From: an uncultured Planctomycetales bacterium
GTDB lineage: Bacteria > Omnitrophota > Gorgyraeia > Zapsychrales > Zapsychraceae
DNA length: 64,000 nt
Direction of reading: 5' to 3'
Assembly (NCBI GenBank): GCA_964535935.1
Contig: CAZHWM010000028.1
Span: forward strand, 26,744 to 90,743
A program made the position numbers and the translations under genes. How positions within the stretch are numbered: the first letter of the stretch is position 1; every line of letters starts with the position of its first letter. Positions 48,124 to 57,788 of the stretch are shown here, in pieces. The notes under the pieces were generated by a model. The model saw only the letters and a program-made list of their open reading frames with translations. It ran no database searches and was not told the DNA's origin.

Positions 48124-50148
48124 TTAACTCTCTTTTTCTTCAGGTTCCTCATCATCCGTCTCACACTGTTGAGTTAGGTTATTCTTTTTAAAGAAAAGAA
48201 TACCTAAAGGAGGCAAGGTAATAGAAATAGAATATTCTCTTCCATGAGATGGTATCTCTTCTGCCTCTACTCCTCCCAAATTCCCCATACCACTACCACC
48301 ATATTCTTTTGCATCACTATTCAACATCTCTTTCCAAAATCCTTTGTAAGGCACCCCTATTCTATAATTTTCCCTAGGTGTTGGAGTAAAATTACAGACA
48401 ACCAATACTACATTATTCGATGACCGTGCCAATCTTAAAAAACTAATAATACTATGCTCCCAATCGCTTCTGTCAACCCACTCAAACCCGGATGGATCAA
48501 AATCATTCTTGTAGAACTCTGGTTCATTGCGATAAAAGGCATTTAAATCCTTTACTAATTTCTGTATACCTTTATGTCTGTCATACTGTAAAAGATGCCA
48601 CTCTAAACTTGATTCATGATTCCACTCAGACCACTGTGCAAATTCTCCACCCATAAATAAAAGCTTCTTTCCTGGATGGGCATACATATATCCAAAAAGC
48701 AGACGCAAATTAGCAAATTTCTGCCAGTCATCACATGGCATTTTTGTAATTAAAGATCCCTTGCCATGCACTACTTCATCATGAGATAAAGAAAGAAGAA
48801 AATTCTCCGTATAAGCATAAAGCATACTAAATGTAAGATCATCATGATGATATTTTCTGTAAATAGGATCTCTCTTAAAATATTCCAGAGTATCATGCAT
48901 CCAACCCATATTCCATTTCATACCAAAACCAAGTCCGCCAAAAGATGTAGGCCTTGACACATTAGGCCATGCAGTAGACTCCTCTGCAATCATTTGGACA
49001 TCCGGGAAAAAATGATATACAGTTTCATTAAGAGTACGAATAAAGGCTATCGACTCCAAATTCTCATTCCCACCATTAATATTAGGGGTCCACTGCCCAT
49101 CTGGTCTTGAATAATCAAGATATAACATGGAAGCAACAGCATCAACTCGAAGCCCATCAGCATGATATTTATCTAACCAAAAAAGCGCACTTGATATTAA
49201 AAATTCTTTTACCTCATTACGACCATTGTTAAACACATAACAATCCCAATCAGGATGAATACGTTTTTGTATATCTTCATGTTCATATAAATGTGTTCCG
49301 TCAAAATATACCAAACCGCAACCGTCAGAAGGGAAATGGGAAGGCACCCAATCTAAAATAACACCTATTCCATTTTGATGGAGTTTATCAATAAGATACA
49401 TTAAATCTTGTGGCGTACCATATCGATTAGTCGGTGCAAAATATCCTAATGTCTGATATCCCCATGATCCGTAAAACGGATGGTCCATTATCGGCATAAA
49501 CTCCACATGAGTAAAACCCATCTGTTTTACATAAGGAATTAATTCATCTGCTAATTCTCTGTACGTCAAAAACCTATTATCTTCCCCCTCTTTTCGTTTC
49601 CATGAACCAAGATGCACCTCATATATCGATATTGGTGCATCTAATGCATTTTTAGTTTTACGAGTTTGCATCCATGCAGAATCATTCCATTGATAATCTA
49701 TATCCCAAACAACAGATGCAGTATTAGGAGGGAGCTCACTAAAAAAACCAAAAGGATCTTTTTTCTCTATTGAATAATTATTGTAATTTGACTCAATATA
49801 ATACTTATACAACGTAGCTTTCCCAACATATGGAATAAATCCTTCCCATATACCAGAACCATCCTGACGAACAAATAAATTATGACTAGATTTATCCCAA
49901 TTATTAAAATCGCCAATAACAGACACCCTTTTTGCATTAGGAGCCCATACTGCAAAATACGTTCCACTAACTCCATCCTTTATTATAGGATGAGCACCGA
50001 ACTTTCTGTAAAGCTGATAATTGGTCCCTTGTCTAAAAAGATAGATATCTTCCTCTGAAAACAAACTATAATTTACAACCGATGATAAGGAATAATTATC
50101 TGACTTTATATTAGCCTCCGTATTATTCATTGTCGCATCCATAAACAA
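48124..50148 (-). CDS. glgB: 1,4-alpha-glucan branching enzyme (GH13)
   Basis: CBM48 region followed by GH13 catalytic motifs (DWVPSHF, GLRVDAVASMLY, AEESTAWP, LSHDEVVHGK). Confidence 0.94.
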   Translation of the reverse strand: MFMDATMNNTEANIKSDNYSLSSVVNYSLFSEEDIYLFRQGTNYQLYRKFGAHPIIKDGVSGTYFAVWAPNAKRVSVIGDFNNWDKSSHNLFVRQDGSGIWEGFIPYVGKATLYKYYIESNYNNYSIEKKDPFGFFSELPPNTASVVWDIDYQWNDSAWMQTRKTKNALDAPISIYEVHLGSWKRKEGEDNRFLTYRELADELIPYVKQMGFTHVEFMPIMDHPFYGSWGYQTLGYFAPTNRYGTPQDLMYLIDKLHQNGIGVILDWVPSHFPSDGCGLVYFDGTHLYEHEDIQKRIHPDWDCYVFNNGRNEVKEFLISSALFWLDKYHADGLRVDAVASMLYLDYSRPDGQWTPNINGGNENLESIAFIRTLNETVYHFFPDVQMIAEESTAWPNVSRPTSFGGLGFGMKWNMGWMHDTLEYFKRDPIYRKYHHDDLTFSMLYAYTENFLLSLSHDEVVHGKGSLITKMPCDDWQKFANLRLLFGYMYAHPGKKLLFMGGEFAQWSEWNHESSLEWHLLQYDRHKGIQKLVKDLNAFYRNEPEFYKNDFDPSGFEWVDRSDWEHSIISFLRLARSSNNVVLVVCNFTPTPRENYRIGVPYKGFWKEMLNSDAKEYGGSGMGNLGGVEAEEIPSHGREYSISITLPPLGILFFKKNNLTQQCETDDEEPEEKES

Positions 50149-50377
50149 TTATTTATTTAAATTGTTAACGATGAAATAAATCAATATATATAAATGATGT
50201 CAAATTGTATCACATAACAACTAACGATTGCAACTATTTATTAAAAATCATTTAACATGTATTTCATTGAAATTTAAGCAGATATAAAAATTAATAATAA
50301 TTCATTTATGCGGACATGCCGTAAATTTCTAACTATACCCCATACAATACAGGACATCCAAAAAATATACACAAAGC

Positions 50378-51361
50378 TTATCCTTTCTCAGCTATATCTT
50401 TTTCATCATATATCTCTCCGAAAAGTTCTTCTAAGACATCTTCCATAGTAACTAACCCAACATCCTTACCTGATGAATCTTGAACTATAAACAAATGCTG
50501 ATGGTAAACCTGAAACTTCGCAAGCAAGGCATCTGCCTTGGTTTCACAGTTAACAAAAATAGGCTCACTCATAAAATCTCTGACACGGGCAGTATAATTA
50601 TCTTTTGCTATCTCTCGCAATAATATACGGTGCTGAACAACTCCTACAAAATCTTTAGGATTTTTATTATATACGGCAATACGACTAAACCGTGAATTTA
50701 TAATAGCATCCTTTAATTCCCCAAGAGTCTTGTTGGCCTCTAAGGCATATATTTGATCAATTGGCTTCATTATCTGATAAGCCTTAACATCATTCAGTTT
50801 AAAGACCCTATTACACAAGACCTCCTCATCTATCTCTACTGTGCCTTCTGCCCTACCAAGCTTAAGCATCATCTTTATTTCTTCTTCTGTAACCTTAGGC
50901 AATCGTTGTCTTCGTAAGAATGGATGTGTTATTTTAATAATCAAGGCAACAAATGGTCTAAGTAATATTACCACCGACCTAACAACAGGAGCGAATAACA
51001 AAGATAGTCTTGCCTTATATCTTTCACCTATAGTTTTAGGGATAATCTCAGAAACAACAATAATACTAAATGTAAGCACAGTAGAAACAAGCCCAAGCCA
51101 TTGATTACCAAAACGTACAGTTACCTGCTGACCTACAAATATAGATCCTACAATATTTATTGCATTGTTAATAATCACTATTGAAGCAACTGCAAAAGAT
51201 ATATTTTCTTTAATCCATACCACATCATTGGCATACCTTTTTCCCTGTTTTAACATCATTCGGGCACGAACAATAGGAAGACTTAAAAATGCAGCCTCTG
51301 CCATAGAACAGAGCGCAGAGGAAAAAACTATCGTTATAAAAAGCAAAAATATTATTAACAT
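50378..51361 (-). CDS. CNNM/DUF21 transmembrane domain plus CBS-pair protein (hemolysin-C/CorC-like), lacking CorC_HlyC C-terminal domain
   Basis: DUF21 N-terminal TM domain (SEIIPKTIG), then two CBS motifs. Confidence 0.82.
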   Translation of the reverse strand: MLIIFLLFITIVFSSALCSMAEAAFLSLPIVRARMMLKQGKRYANDVVWIKENISFAVASIVIINNAINIVGSIFVGQQVTVRFGNQWLGLVSTVLTFSIIVVSEIIPKTIGERYKARLSLLFAPVVRSVVILLRPFVALIIKITHPFLRRQRLPKVTEEEIKMMLKLGRAEGTVEIDEEVLCNRVFKLNDVKAYQIMKPIDQIYALEANKTLGELKDAIINSRFSRIAVYNKNPKDFVGVVQHRILLREIAKDNYTARVRDFMSEPIFVNCETKADALLAKFQVYHQHLFIVQDSSGKDVGLVTMEDVLEELFGEIYDEKDIAEKG

Positions 51362-51404
51362 AAAAAATATAATAGTATAACTTTACTATTCTCCTGCAAA
51401 ATTA

Positions 51405-52625
51405 TTATCTCTTCTTATATACCCTAGGCAGCCTATTACCAAGGCTGCAGACTATCTCATAATTAATGGTATCCGCATATTGCGCAAGTTCATCTGCAGA
51501 TATTTCTTCTTTTCCCTGCCTACCTACAAGAGTGACAAGAGACCCTAATCGTAAACAGCGACTTCCACTATCAAACGATTGTGGCGAAATTATTTTAGAG
51601 ACATCAACCACTATCTCATCCATAGTCACCCTTCCAAGAACAGCACATCTTACACCTTTAATTAAAACATATGCCTTATTAGAGAGACAACGCAGATAAC
51701 CATCATTATACCCTATAGGAATAGTTGCAACAATCATATCCTTCTCCGCAATAAATGTCCTTCCATAACTAATACCCCTTCCCTTTGATATCTTCTGCAA
51801 ATATATCACCTTTGACTTTACACTCAATGCCGGCTTTAATTTTATGTCTTTCCTTAGTCTGGGATGAGGATAAAGGCCATACAACATTAACCCTGGCCTA
51901 ACTAAATTAAGCACATCTGTTCTGTATCCTGCCAACCCCATACTATTAGACGCATGAATAAAGGGTATAACAAAACCACTTTTATCTAAACGCACAACAA
52001 GATTATACAAATCCTTAACCTGTCTTAAAGTAAATCTACGATCTTTATCCGCAACTGGAAAATGTGTATATATACCATAAATAATAAGCCTTCTTAATCC
52101 CATAATCTTACGAATAAAATCATATGCATCTTCATGCCATATCCCAAACCTACCCATCCCTGTATCTACTTGAATATGTATATACACATTACGCCTAATC
52201 TTATAGGCATAACGATTAAGCTCTTCGGCAAAATCAAGATTTGTAACAGTAGGCATTAAACTATAATGGCAAATATCTCTTACAAATATAGGCAATGTAG
52301 TTTCAAATAGTAAAATAGGTTTCTTTATCCCTATCTTTCTTAAACGAACCCCTTCTGATACATTAGACACAGCAAAAGATTCCACGCCTTCCTCATCCAA
52401 CAACTTAGCCACCTCCACCATCCCATGACCATATGCATCCGCTTTAATAACAGCCAACACACCTATCTTATGTTCCTTTGTTTTACTAGGATTATTATGT
52501 CGGGAAGGCAAAAAAAATCTGTTTCTTGAAGCAAGCCTACGTATTTGTCTAAGGTTATATTTGATAGCATCCAGATCTATCTCAGCCCATGTCAAATAAT
52601 CTTCTCTTACGCTCTCTTTTAACAT
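51405..52625 (-). CDS. alr: Alanine racemase
   Basis: PLP-lysine motif AVIKADAYGHG. Catalytic-Tyr region (SYGRTF). C-terminal beta domain. Confidence 0.92.
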   Translation of the reverse strand: MLKESVREDYLTWAEIDLDAIKYNLRQIRRLASRNRFFLPSRHNNPSKTKEHKIGVLAVIKADAYGHGMVEVAKLLDEEGVESFAVSNVSEGVRLRKIGIKKPILLFETTLPIFVRDICHYSLMPTVTNLDFAEELNRYAYKIRRNVYIHIQVDTGMGRFGIWHEDAYDFIRKIMGLRRLIIYGIYTHFPVADKDRRFTLRQVKDLYNLVVRLDKSGFVIPFIHASNSMGLAGYRTDVLNLVRPGLMLYGLYPHPRLRKDIKLKPALSVKSKVIYLQKISKGRGISYGRTFIAEKDMIVATIPIGYNDGYLRCLSNKAYVLIKGVRCAVLGRVTMDEIVVDVSKIISPQSFDSGSRCLRLGSLVTLVGRQGKEEISADELAQYADTINYEIVCSLGNRLPRVYKKR

Positions 52626-52651
52626 ATAATTATCCTGATAATTTCTATCCT

Positions 52652-52676
52652 ACACAATTTAACCTTGTTGATTTGT
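52652..52676. repeat. Single unit of the intergenic palindromic repeat family
   Basis: cacaatttaaccttgttgatttgtg is 24/25 identical to unit 65-89. It is preceded by ctatcctacac (compare ctattctgcac). It lies 5 nt after the stop of the upstream gene. Confidence 0.8.
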
Positions 52677-52680
52677 GCAA

Positions 52681-52908
52681 TTAACGTTCAATCAATGCAA
52701 TAAGTCTATTTTTAGAAAACTTTACTACACCCTTTCTTATAGGATACGGAGTATTATCTATAAAGATACTTCCCTCCCGAAGTAAACTAATTATATCATG
52801 ATGAAACTCTAACACCTCAAATTCTCCAGTCTCCCCGGGAAGTATAACCGAAGATGCCTCTCCATCAAAAACGATTTCATTAGGAGCAACTATTAAAACT
52901 GAAAACAT
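52681..52908 (-). CDS. Stand-alone ATP synthase epsilon (AtpC) N-terminal beta-sandwich-like protein
   Basis: 75 aa. The pattern VLIVAPNEIVFDGEASSVILPGETGEFEVLEFHHDIISLLREGSIFI parallels the F1 epsilon N-terminal domain. No C-terminal helical hairpin and no atp genes nearby. Confidence 0.6.
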   Translation of the reverse strand: MFSVLIVAPNEIVFDGEASSVILPGETGEFEVLEFHHDIISLLREGSIFIDNTPYPIRKGVVKFSKNRLIALIER

Positions 52909-52911
52909 ACT

Positions 52912-53592
52912 TTACCCTCTAACCTGACAATCTGCTGAATATAAATATAATGGGCTTAATTTGAACGGATTATCATAATCCTGCTTATTAAATCTCTCTG
53001 TTGCTAATATTGCCAAACATCGTGCAGAAGGCTTCCAAAACTTTTCATCTGCAAACCTTATAGCTACACCCATATTAACATCAGTAAACCATCTTTTTAG
53101 TAAAGGGATACCATCACCCACAAAAATAGTATTATGGGTTATTTTCTTTAACAATTCATCCCTACCTATTAAAAAATATTTGCCCTCTCGCTTCAAATGA
53201 GCTTGCCTTTTACGGTAAAAACCAGTATATAATAAATTCCTTTTTGCATCACTAATTGCACATATCCTAACATCCTCTTCTAATATGGACATAGCAAGAA
53301 TATCCAAACTAGATACTCCAACAATCGGTTTCCCAAGTGCAAAGGCAAATGCCTTAACAGCTGCAATTCCTACCCTTAGGCTTGTAAACGAACCCGGGCC
53401 TAATCCTACAGCAAAGCCTTCGATATCAGACAAAGATATCCCTGCCTTCATCAATATCCTATTAACTTCTGGTACAAGTTGAGAACACAGCCTCCTACCT
53501 AAACTAATATTCCTATACCGTAAAATAGTACTATCATCTGCCACTGCTAAACTCAAAAGGCCTGTCGATGCCTCTACTGCTAATACTTTCAT
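52912..53592 (-). CDS. tsaB: tRNA t6A37 biosynthesis protein TsaB
   Basis: Peptidase_M22-like fold without metal site (VLAVEASTG ... GLGPGSFTSLRVG). Confidence 0.88.
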   Translation of the reverse strand: MKVLAVEASTGLLSLAVADDSTILRYRNISLGRRLCSQLVPEVNRILMKAGISLSDIEGFAVGLGPGSFTSLRVGIAAVKAFAFALGKPIVGVSSLDILAMSILEEDVRICAISDAKRNLLYTGFYRKRQAHLKREGKYFLIGRDELLKKITHNTIFVGDGIPLLKRWFTDVNMGVAIRFADEKFWKPSARCLAILATERFNKQDYDNPFKLSPLYLYSADCQVRG

Positions 53593-54077
53593 ATATCTGT
53601 CCTTCTCTTTACTCTCCTTTTAAAAAGAGAAGATAACATCACTTCATACCGTTTCCCTAACGCTCTGATTTTAATCAAACGAATATCTCCTTGTTGATAA
53701 AAAATTTCTATGTCTAGATGTTCTGCCGGCAACACGTTTCCCAGTCGCTGTGGCCATTCTATCACAGAAATACCTTCACCATAAAAAAAATCATCATAAC
53801 CCACAAAACTCATCTCATCATCTTCATTCATACGGTAAAAATCAAAATGATATAAAGGCAATCTACCTTCATACATATTCATCAATACAAATGTCGGACT
53901 CCGAACAATATTAGGATTTATGCCAAGTCCCTTAGCTATACCCTTAACCAGTCTAGTTTTCCCCACACCTAACTCACCTGACAGGCATATAACATCAGAT
54001 TCAATTAATTGGGTTGCCAGTCTTTCCCCAAATCTTATTGTATCTGCTTCACTGCTAGATAAAAACTCCACCTTCAA
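53589..54077 (-). CDS. tsaE: tRNA t6A37 biosynthesis ATPase TsaE
   Basis: Walker A GELGVGKT. SPTF and HFDFYR motifs. Confidence 0.9.
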   Translation of the reverse strand: MKVEFLSSSEADTIRFGERLATQLIESDVICLSGELGVGKTRLVKGIAKGLGINPNIVRSPTFVLMNMYEGRLPLYHFDFYRMNEDDEMSFVGYDDFFYGEGISVIEWPQRLGNVLPAEHLDIEIFYQQGDIRLIKIRALGKRYEVMLSSLFKRRVKRRTDI

Positions 54078-54116
54078 TTACCCCTCAACAATATATAATG
54101 ATGTCAATGCTTATTG

Positions 54117-54141
54117 CACTATTTAACAAGGTTAAATAATA
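54117..54141. repeat. Single unit of the intergenic palindromic repeat family (perfect 8-bp arms)
   Basis: cactatttaacaaggttaaataata. The first 17 nt are identical to unit 97-121. Arms tatttaac/gttaaata are perfectly complementary. Confidence 0.75.
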
Positions 54142-54162
54142 CAATAAGAAGAAATAACTCTT

Positions 54163-55080
54163 CTAAAAGTGTTTATACCCTTTTATCTCGATAGTTTTTT
54201 TCCTCCCTTTTGTATCAAGAATACATATTCTATCCCTATTTTTCTGTGTAATCTCCCCCATCTCATAAAATGAAAACCTATGTTTAGTATCCTTTTTTAA
54301 TCTTGATGCATTATCCACAGAAAGAGTAAAAAGCAACTCAAAATCCTCTCCGTCATATAATGCATGATTAATATTAGCCCCATATCTTTTAGGTATGCTC
54401 TCTTCCCATATAACCGCAGATACCCCACTTTCCTTGCATATATGCCATAAATCCGCAACTAATCCATCAGATATATCAATCATCGCTGTTGGTTTAAATT
54501 TCTTAACTAAATATCTTGCTTCCTCAATCCTAGGCTGAAACCTTAAATGCCATCCTGATTGAAACGCTCTACCCAAGGGCCCAGTAACAAAAATTTTGTC
54601 TGAGACCGATGCCCCTGCTCGCCTAACCAATTCTTTATCACAACCTTCTCCTATTAAAGATATATTTATAACAAATTTATTATGCCTTACTGTGTCCCCG
54701 CCCACAATTGAGATCCCATATTGTTCTGCTGTGTTTAGTATCCCTTTATATATTCTGCGTAAAAACCTCACATCTTCAGAGGCACTTACACCTATAGAAA
54801 TAAGGGCATATCTTGGTAGCCCTCCCATAGCTGCTATATCGCTAATACTGCACGCTATTGCCTTATGACCAATTCGTTCAGGTTGCATATCTTTAGTAAA
54901 ATGAACCCCTTCTATTAGCATATCTGATGTTAGCAAGAGTCTTTTTTTAGAACCTGAAACTGTTACAACAGCAGCATCATCACCTATACCGTTTATAACT
55001 CCAGAAAGTCTGTTCCTTACCTCTTTTTTTATAAGATTAATAAGGCCAAATTCACCTATATCAAATAATCGTTTAGACAT
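54163..55080 (-). CDS. thiL: Thiamine-monophosphate kinase
   Basis: AIR-synthase-related fold. GDDAAV, TSDMLIEGVHF and SISDIAAMG motifs. Confidence 0.9.
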   Translation of the reverse strand: MSKRLFDIGEFGLINLIKKEVRNRLSGVINGIGDDAAVVTVSGSKKRLLLTSDMLIEGVHFTKDMQPERIGHKAIACSISDIAAMGGLPRYALISIGVSASEDVRFLRRIYKGILNTAEQYGISIVGGDTVRHNKFVINISLIGEGCDKELVRRAGASVSDKIFVTGPLGRAFQSGWHLRFQPRIEEARYLVKKFKPTAMIDISDGLVADLWHICKESGVSAVIWEESIPKRYGANINHALYDGEDFELLFTLSVDNASRLKKDTKHRFSFYEMGEITQKNRDRICILDTKGRKKTIEIKGYKHF

Positions 55081-55134
55081 AGTAACTATAAAAATTAAAT
55101 CATGCTATTTACATACAAACAGATTAAGTTAATC

Positions 55135-56178
55135 TCATACCTCAAGGATAGAAGCTATATTTTTCTTAAAAGGAGGATATATAATGCCTTTCTCTGTAAT
55201 AATTGCAGAAATCAGTTTATGATCCGTAACGTCAAAGGCTGGATTATATACTCTAACCCTACGGGGAGCAGTTATAACCTCACCAAATCTAACAACCTCA
55301 AATCTATCTCTTTGCTCAATAGGTATCTCACTGCCAGAATTAATCTTTGTATCAAATGTAGAGGTAGGAGCTACAATATAAAAAGGTATCTTGTGATACT
55401 TTGCCAGTACAGCCAACCCATAAGTACCTATTTTATTTGCTGTATCACCATTAAACGCAATTCTGTCCGCACCAGCAAACACCATATCAACTGCTGCCTG
55501 TTTCATAAGTGTTGCAGCCATATTATCGCAAATAAGGGTAACATCGATACCTGCCCGCATAAGCTCCCAAGTAGTAAGTCTTGCTCCTTGAAGAAGGGGA
55601 CGCGTCTCAGATGCATATACCCTAAATCTCTTACCCTGACTATAGGCAGTATACATCACTCCTAATGCTGTGCCAAAATCTACTGTTGCAAGTGCCCCTG
55701 CGTTACATATAGTAATAATCCTTGTTCCCGAACTAATAAATCTCGCCCCAAACTCTCCCATACGCCTACATACAATCCTATCTTCTTCATAAATACTAAA
55801 GGCCTCTTTTTTTAATAATTCTTTAAGCTGTCCTACTGTTTTTCCGCTATGTTTTATCAAGACAGCCTGCATTCTATCAAGCATATTAAAAAGATTTACT
55901 GCTGTAGGTCTTGATTTTTCTATATACTTACATACCTTTCTAATATGTTTTATGAACTTAGCTGAGTCCCCCCCTTTAAATTCTTTTACACCCAGCAATA
56001 CACCAAATGCCGCTGCCACACCTAATGCAGGTGCACCCCGCACACTCAGACATTTAATAGCCTTACATAGCTGTTCCACATCCCTACAGTAAATATATTC
56101 TAGCCTATGCGGTAGTTTTGTTTGATCAATTATCTTTACCGTTCCGCGAACCCAGGATATAGTTGGAGGAAACATCAT
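55135..56178 (-). CDS. mtnA: S-methyl-5-thioribose-1-phosphate isomerase (eIF-2B alpha/beta/delta family)
   Basis: IDQTKLP N-terminus. RGAPALGVAAAFG, CNAGALAT and GADRIA.NGDTANKIGTY motifs. Confidence 0.88.
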   Translation of the reverse strand: MMFPPTISWVRGTVKIIDQTKLPHRLEYIYCRDVEQLCKAIKCLSVRGAPALGVAAAFGVLLGVKEFKGGDSAKFIKHIRKVCKYIEKSRPTAVNLFNMLDRMQAVLIKHSGKTVGQLKELLKKEAFSIYEEDRIVCRRMGEFGARFISSGTRIITICNAGALATVDFGTALGVMYTAYSQGKRFRVYASETRPLLQGARLTTWELMRAGIDVTLICDNMAATLMKQAAVDMVFAGADRIAFNGDTANKIGTYGLAVLAKYHKIPFYIVAPTSTFDTKINSGSEIPIEQRDRFEVVRFGEVITAPRRVRVYNPAFDVTDHKLISAIITEKGIIYPPFKKNIASILEV

Positions 56179-56197
56179 ATTTTGGGATTATCAAAAT

Positions 56198-57703
56198 TTA
56201 TGAGTTTGTCTCTAATCTTGGGAAAAGCGCCTCATGATCTTTAAGTAGGCGCCCCTCTTCTAAACACCCCCATGAAGGCTCTGTTCCTTCTGCCCCAAGC
56301 ACATCAAGCACGACATTAATCTTAGAAGGCATAACAGGAGATAACAAAACCGCAGCTATCCTTAAAGCCTCTGTCGCTGTATAAAGGATAGTACCTGTAT
56401 ACTCCTTATCTGTTTTTACAACCTTCCATGGTGCTTTATGTTCTAAATATTTATTAACATTACGAACAAGCTGTAATGTCTCTTCAATAGCCTCATTAAT
56501 ACGCATATCCAAAATTTTATCTCTTACAACGGTATCCAGCCCCATAGCCTGTTTTCTAATAGCCTCTTCATCTGCTGAAAGCTGACCACAGTCAGGTATA
56601 TGGCCCTCAAAATATTTCCGTATAAGGCCACTTACTCGATTTAAAAGATTACCAAAATCATTCGCTAAATCGCTATTATATCGTTTAATAAATCCTTCCA
56701 TAGTAAAATTAGCATCCTGACCTAATACCATCTCACGCATAAGATAATATCTAACAGGATCTGGACCATATTCATCTATCAAGTCAAGAGGATTAACTAT
56801 ATTACCTAAAGATTTACTCATCTTTTCCTTGCCTATCAGCCACCACCCATGCGCAAATATGCTCTGCGGTAATCGAAAACCTAAGGCAAACAACATCGTA
56901 GACCAATATACACAATGTGTCGTAAGAATATCCTTACCTATAAGATGAACAGACACCGGCCAATACTTATTAAATCTCTGTTCATCCTCACCATATCCAC
57001 ATCCAGTAATATAATTCAACAAAGCGTCAAACCAGACATATGTCACATAATCCGTATCAAATGGGAGTTCTATTCCCCAACTCATACGAGATTTTGGTCT
57101 GGATATACATAAATCACCTAATGGTTGTTTTAAAAATCCCAATATTTCATTACGTCTATGTTCTGGTTGTATGAACTCCGGATGATTATTTATATAATCT
57201 ATCAACTGCTGCTGGTACTTACTCATACGAAAAAACCAGTTACGTTCCTTCAATCTTTTTACTTCTCGAAAAACTCCTGACTCTTTTTCATCATCTGTTA
57301 TAAACCGTTCTTCAGCAACTGAATACCAACCCTCATATTCATCCATATATATATCACCAGCATCATATATCTTCTGAAGCACACTCTTAACCACGTTAAT
57401 GTGTCTGGACTGTGTAGTTCTAATAAAGTCATCATAGCGTATATGCAATTTATCCCAAAGATTCAGAAATCTCGGGGCAAGGTCATCACAGTGTTCCTGA
57501 GGAGACATCCCTCGCTTCTTAGCTGCCTGTTGAACCTTCTGGCCATGTTCATCCAACCCGGTCAAAAACAACACATCCTCTCCCATAGCTCTATGGTAAC
57601 GTGCAAGGACATCCGCAAGAATAGTTGTGTAAGCATGCCCAATGTGGGGCTTATCGTTAACATAATAGATCGGTGTTGTTATATAAAAAATCCTGTTGGT
57701 CAT
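56198..57703 (-). CDS. metG: Methionyl-tRNA synthetase (short form, no C-terminal tRNA-binding domain)
   Basis: HIGHAYT and KMSKSLGN class I signatures. Length 501 aa. Confidence 0.95.
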   Translation of the reverse strand: MTNRIFYITTPIYYVNDKPHIGHAYTTILADVLARYHRAMGEDVLFLTGLDEHGQKVQQAAKKRGMSPQEHCDDLAPRFLNLWDKLHIRYDDFIRTTQSRHINVVKSVLQKIYDAGDIYMDEYEGWYSVAEERFITDDEKESGVFREVKRLKERNWFFRMSKYQQQLIDYINNHPEFIQPEHRRNEILGFLKQPLGDLCISRPKSRMSWGIELPFDTDYVTYVWFDALLNYITGCGYGEDEQRFNKYWPVSVHLIGKDILTTHCVYWSTMLFALGFRLPQSIFAHGWWLIGKEKMSKSLGNIVNPLDLIDEYGPDPVRYYLMREMVLGQDANFTMEGFIKRYNSDLANDFGNLLNRVSGLIRKYFEGHIPDCGQLSADEEAIRKQAMGLDTVVRDKILDMRINEAIEETLQLVRNVNKYLEHKAPWKVVKTDKEYTGTILYTATEALRIAAVLLSPVMPSKINVVLDVLGAEGTEPSWGCLEEGRLLKDHEALFPRLETNS

Positions 57704-57788
57704 TTATATTTTCTACTCCCTTCTTTAGAATTAAAAACTATATACTAACTCTAAAAATCTACGGATAAATATAAATCTATAATAAATC

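Noticed and set aside
50149-50377. The 229-bp gap upstream of glgB as a tRNA/ncRNA locus or a further repeat-family copy (caactatttattaaaaatcatttaac)
   Set aside because: No cloverleaf or conserved ncRNA features can be folded by eye. Similarity to the repeat is limited to ctattta and catttaac fragments without the dyad.
51385-51400. ctattctcctgcaa just after the alr stop, resembling the ctattctgca flank motif
   Set aside because: It matches only if a 2-nt insertion is allowed, and it is not accompanied by a palindromic unit. This is insufficient to call it a family member.
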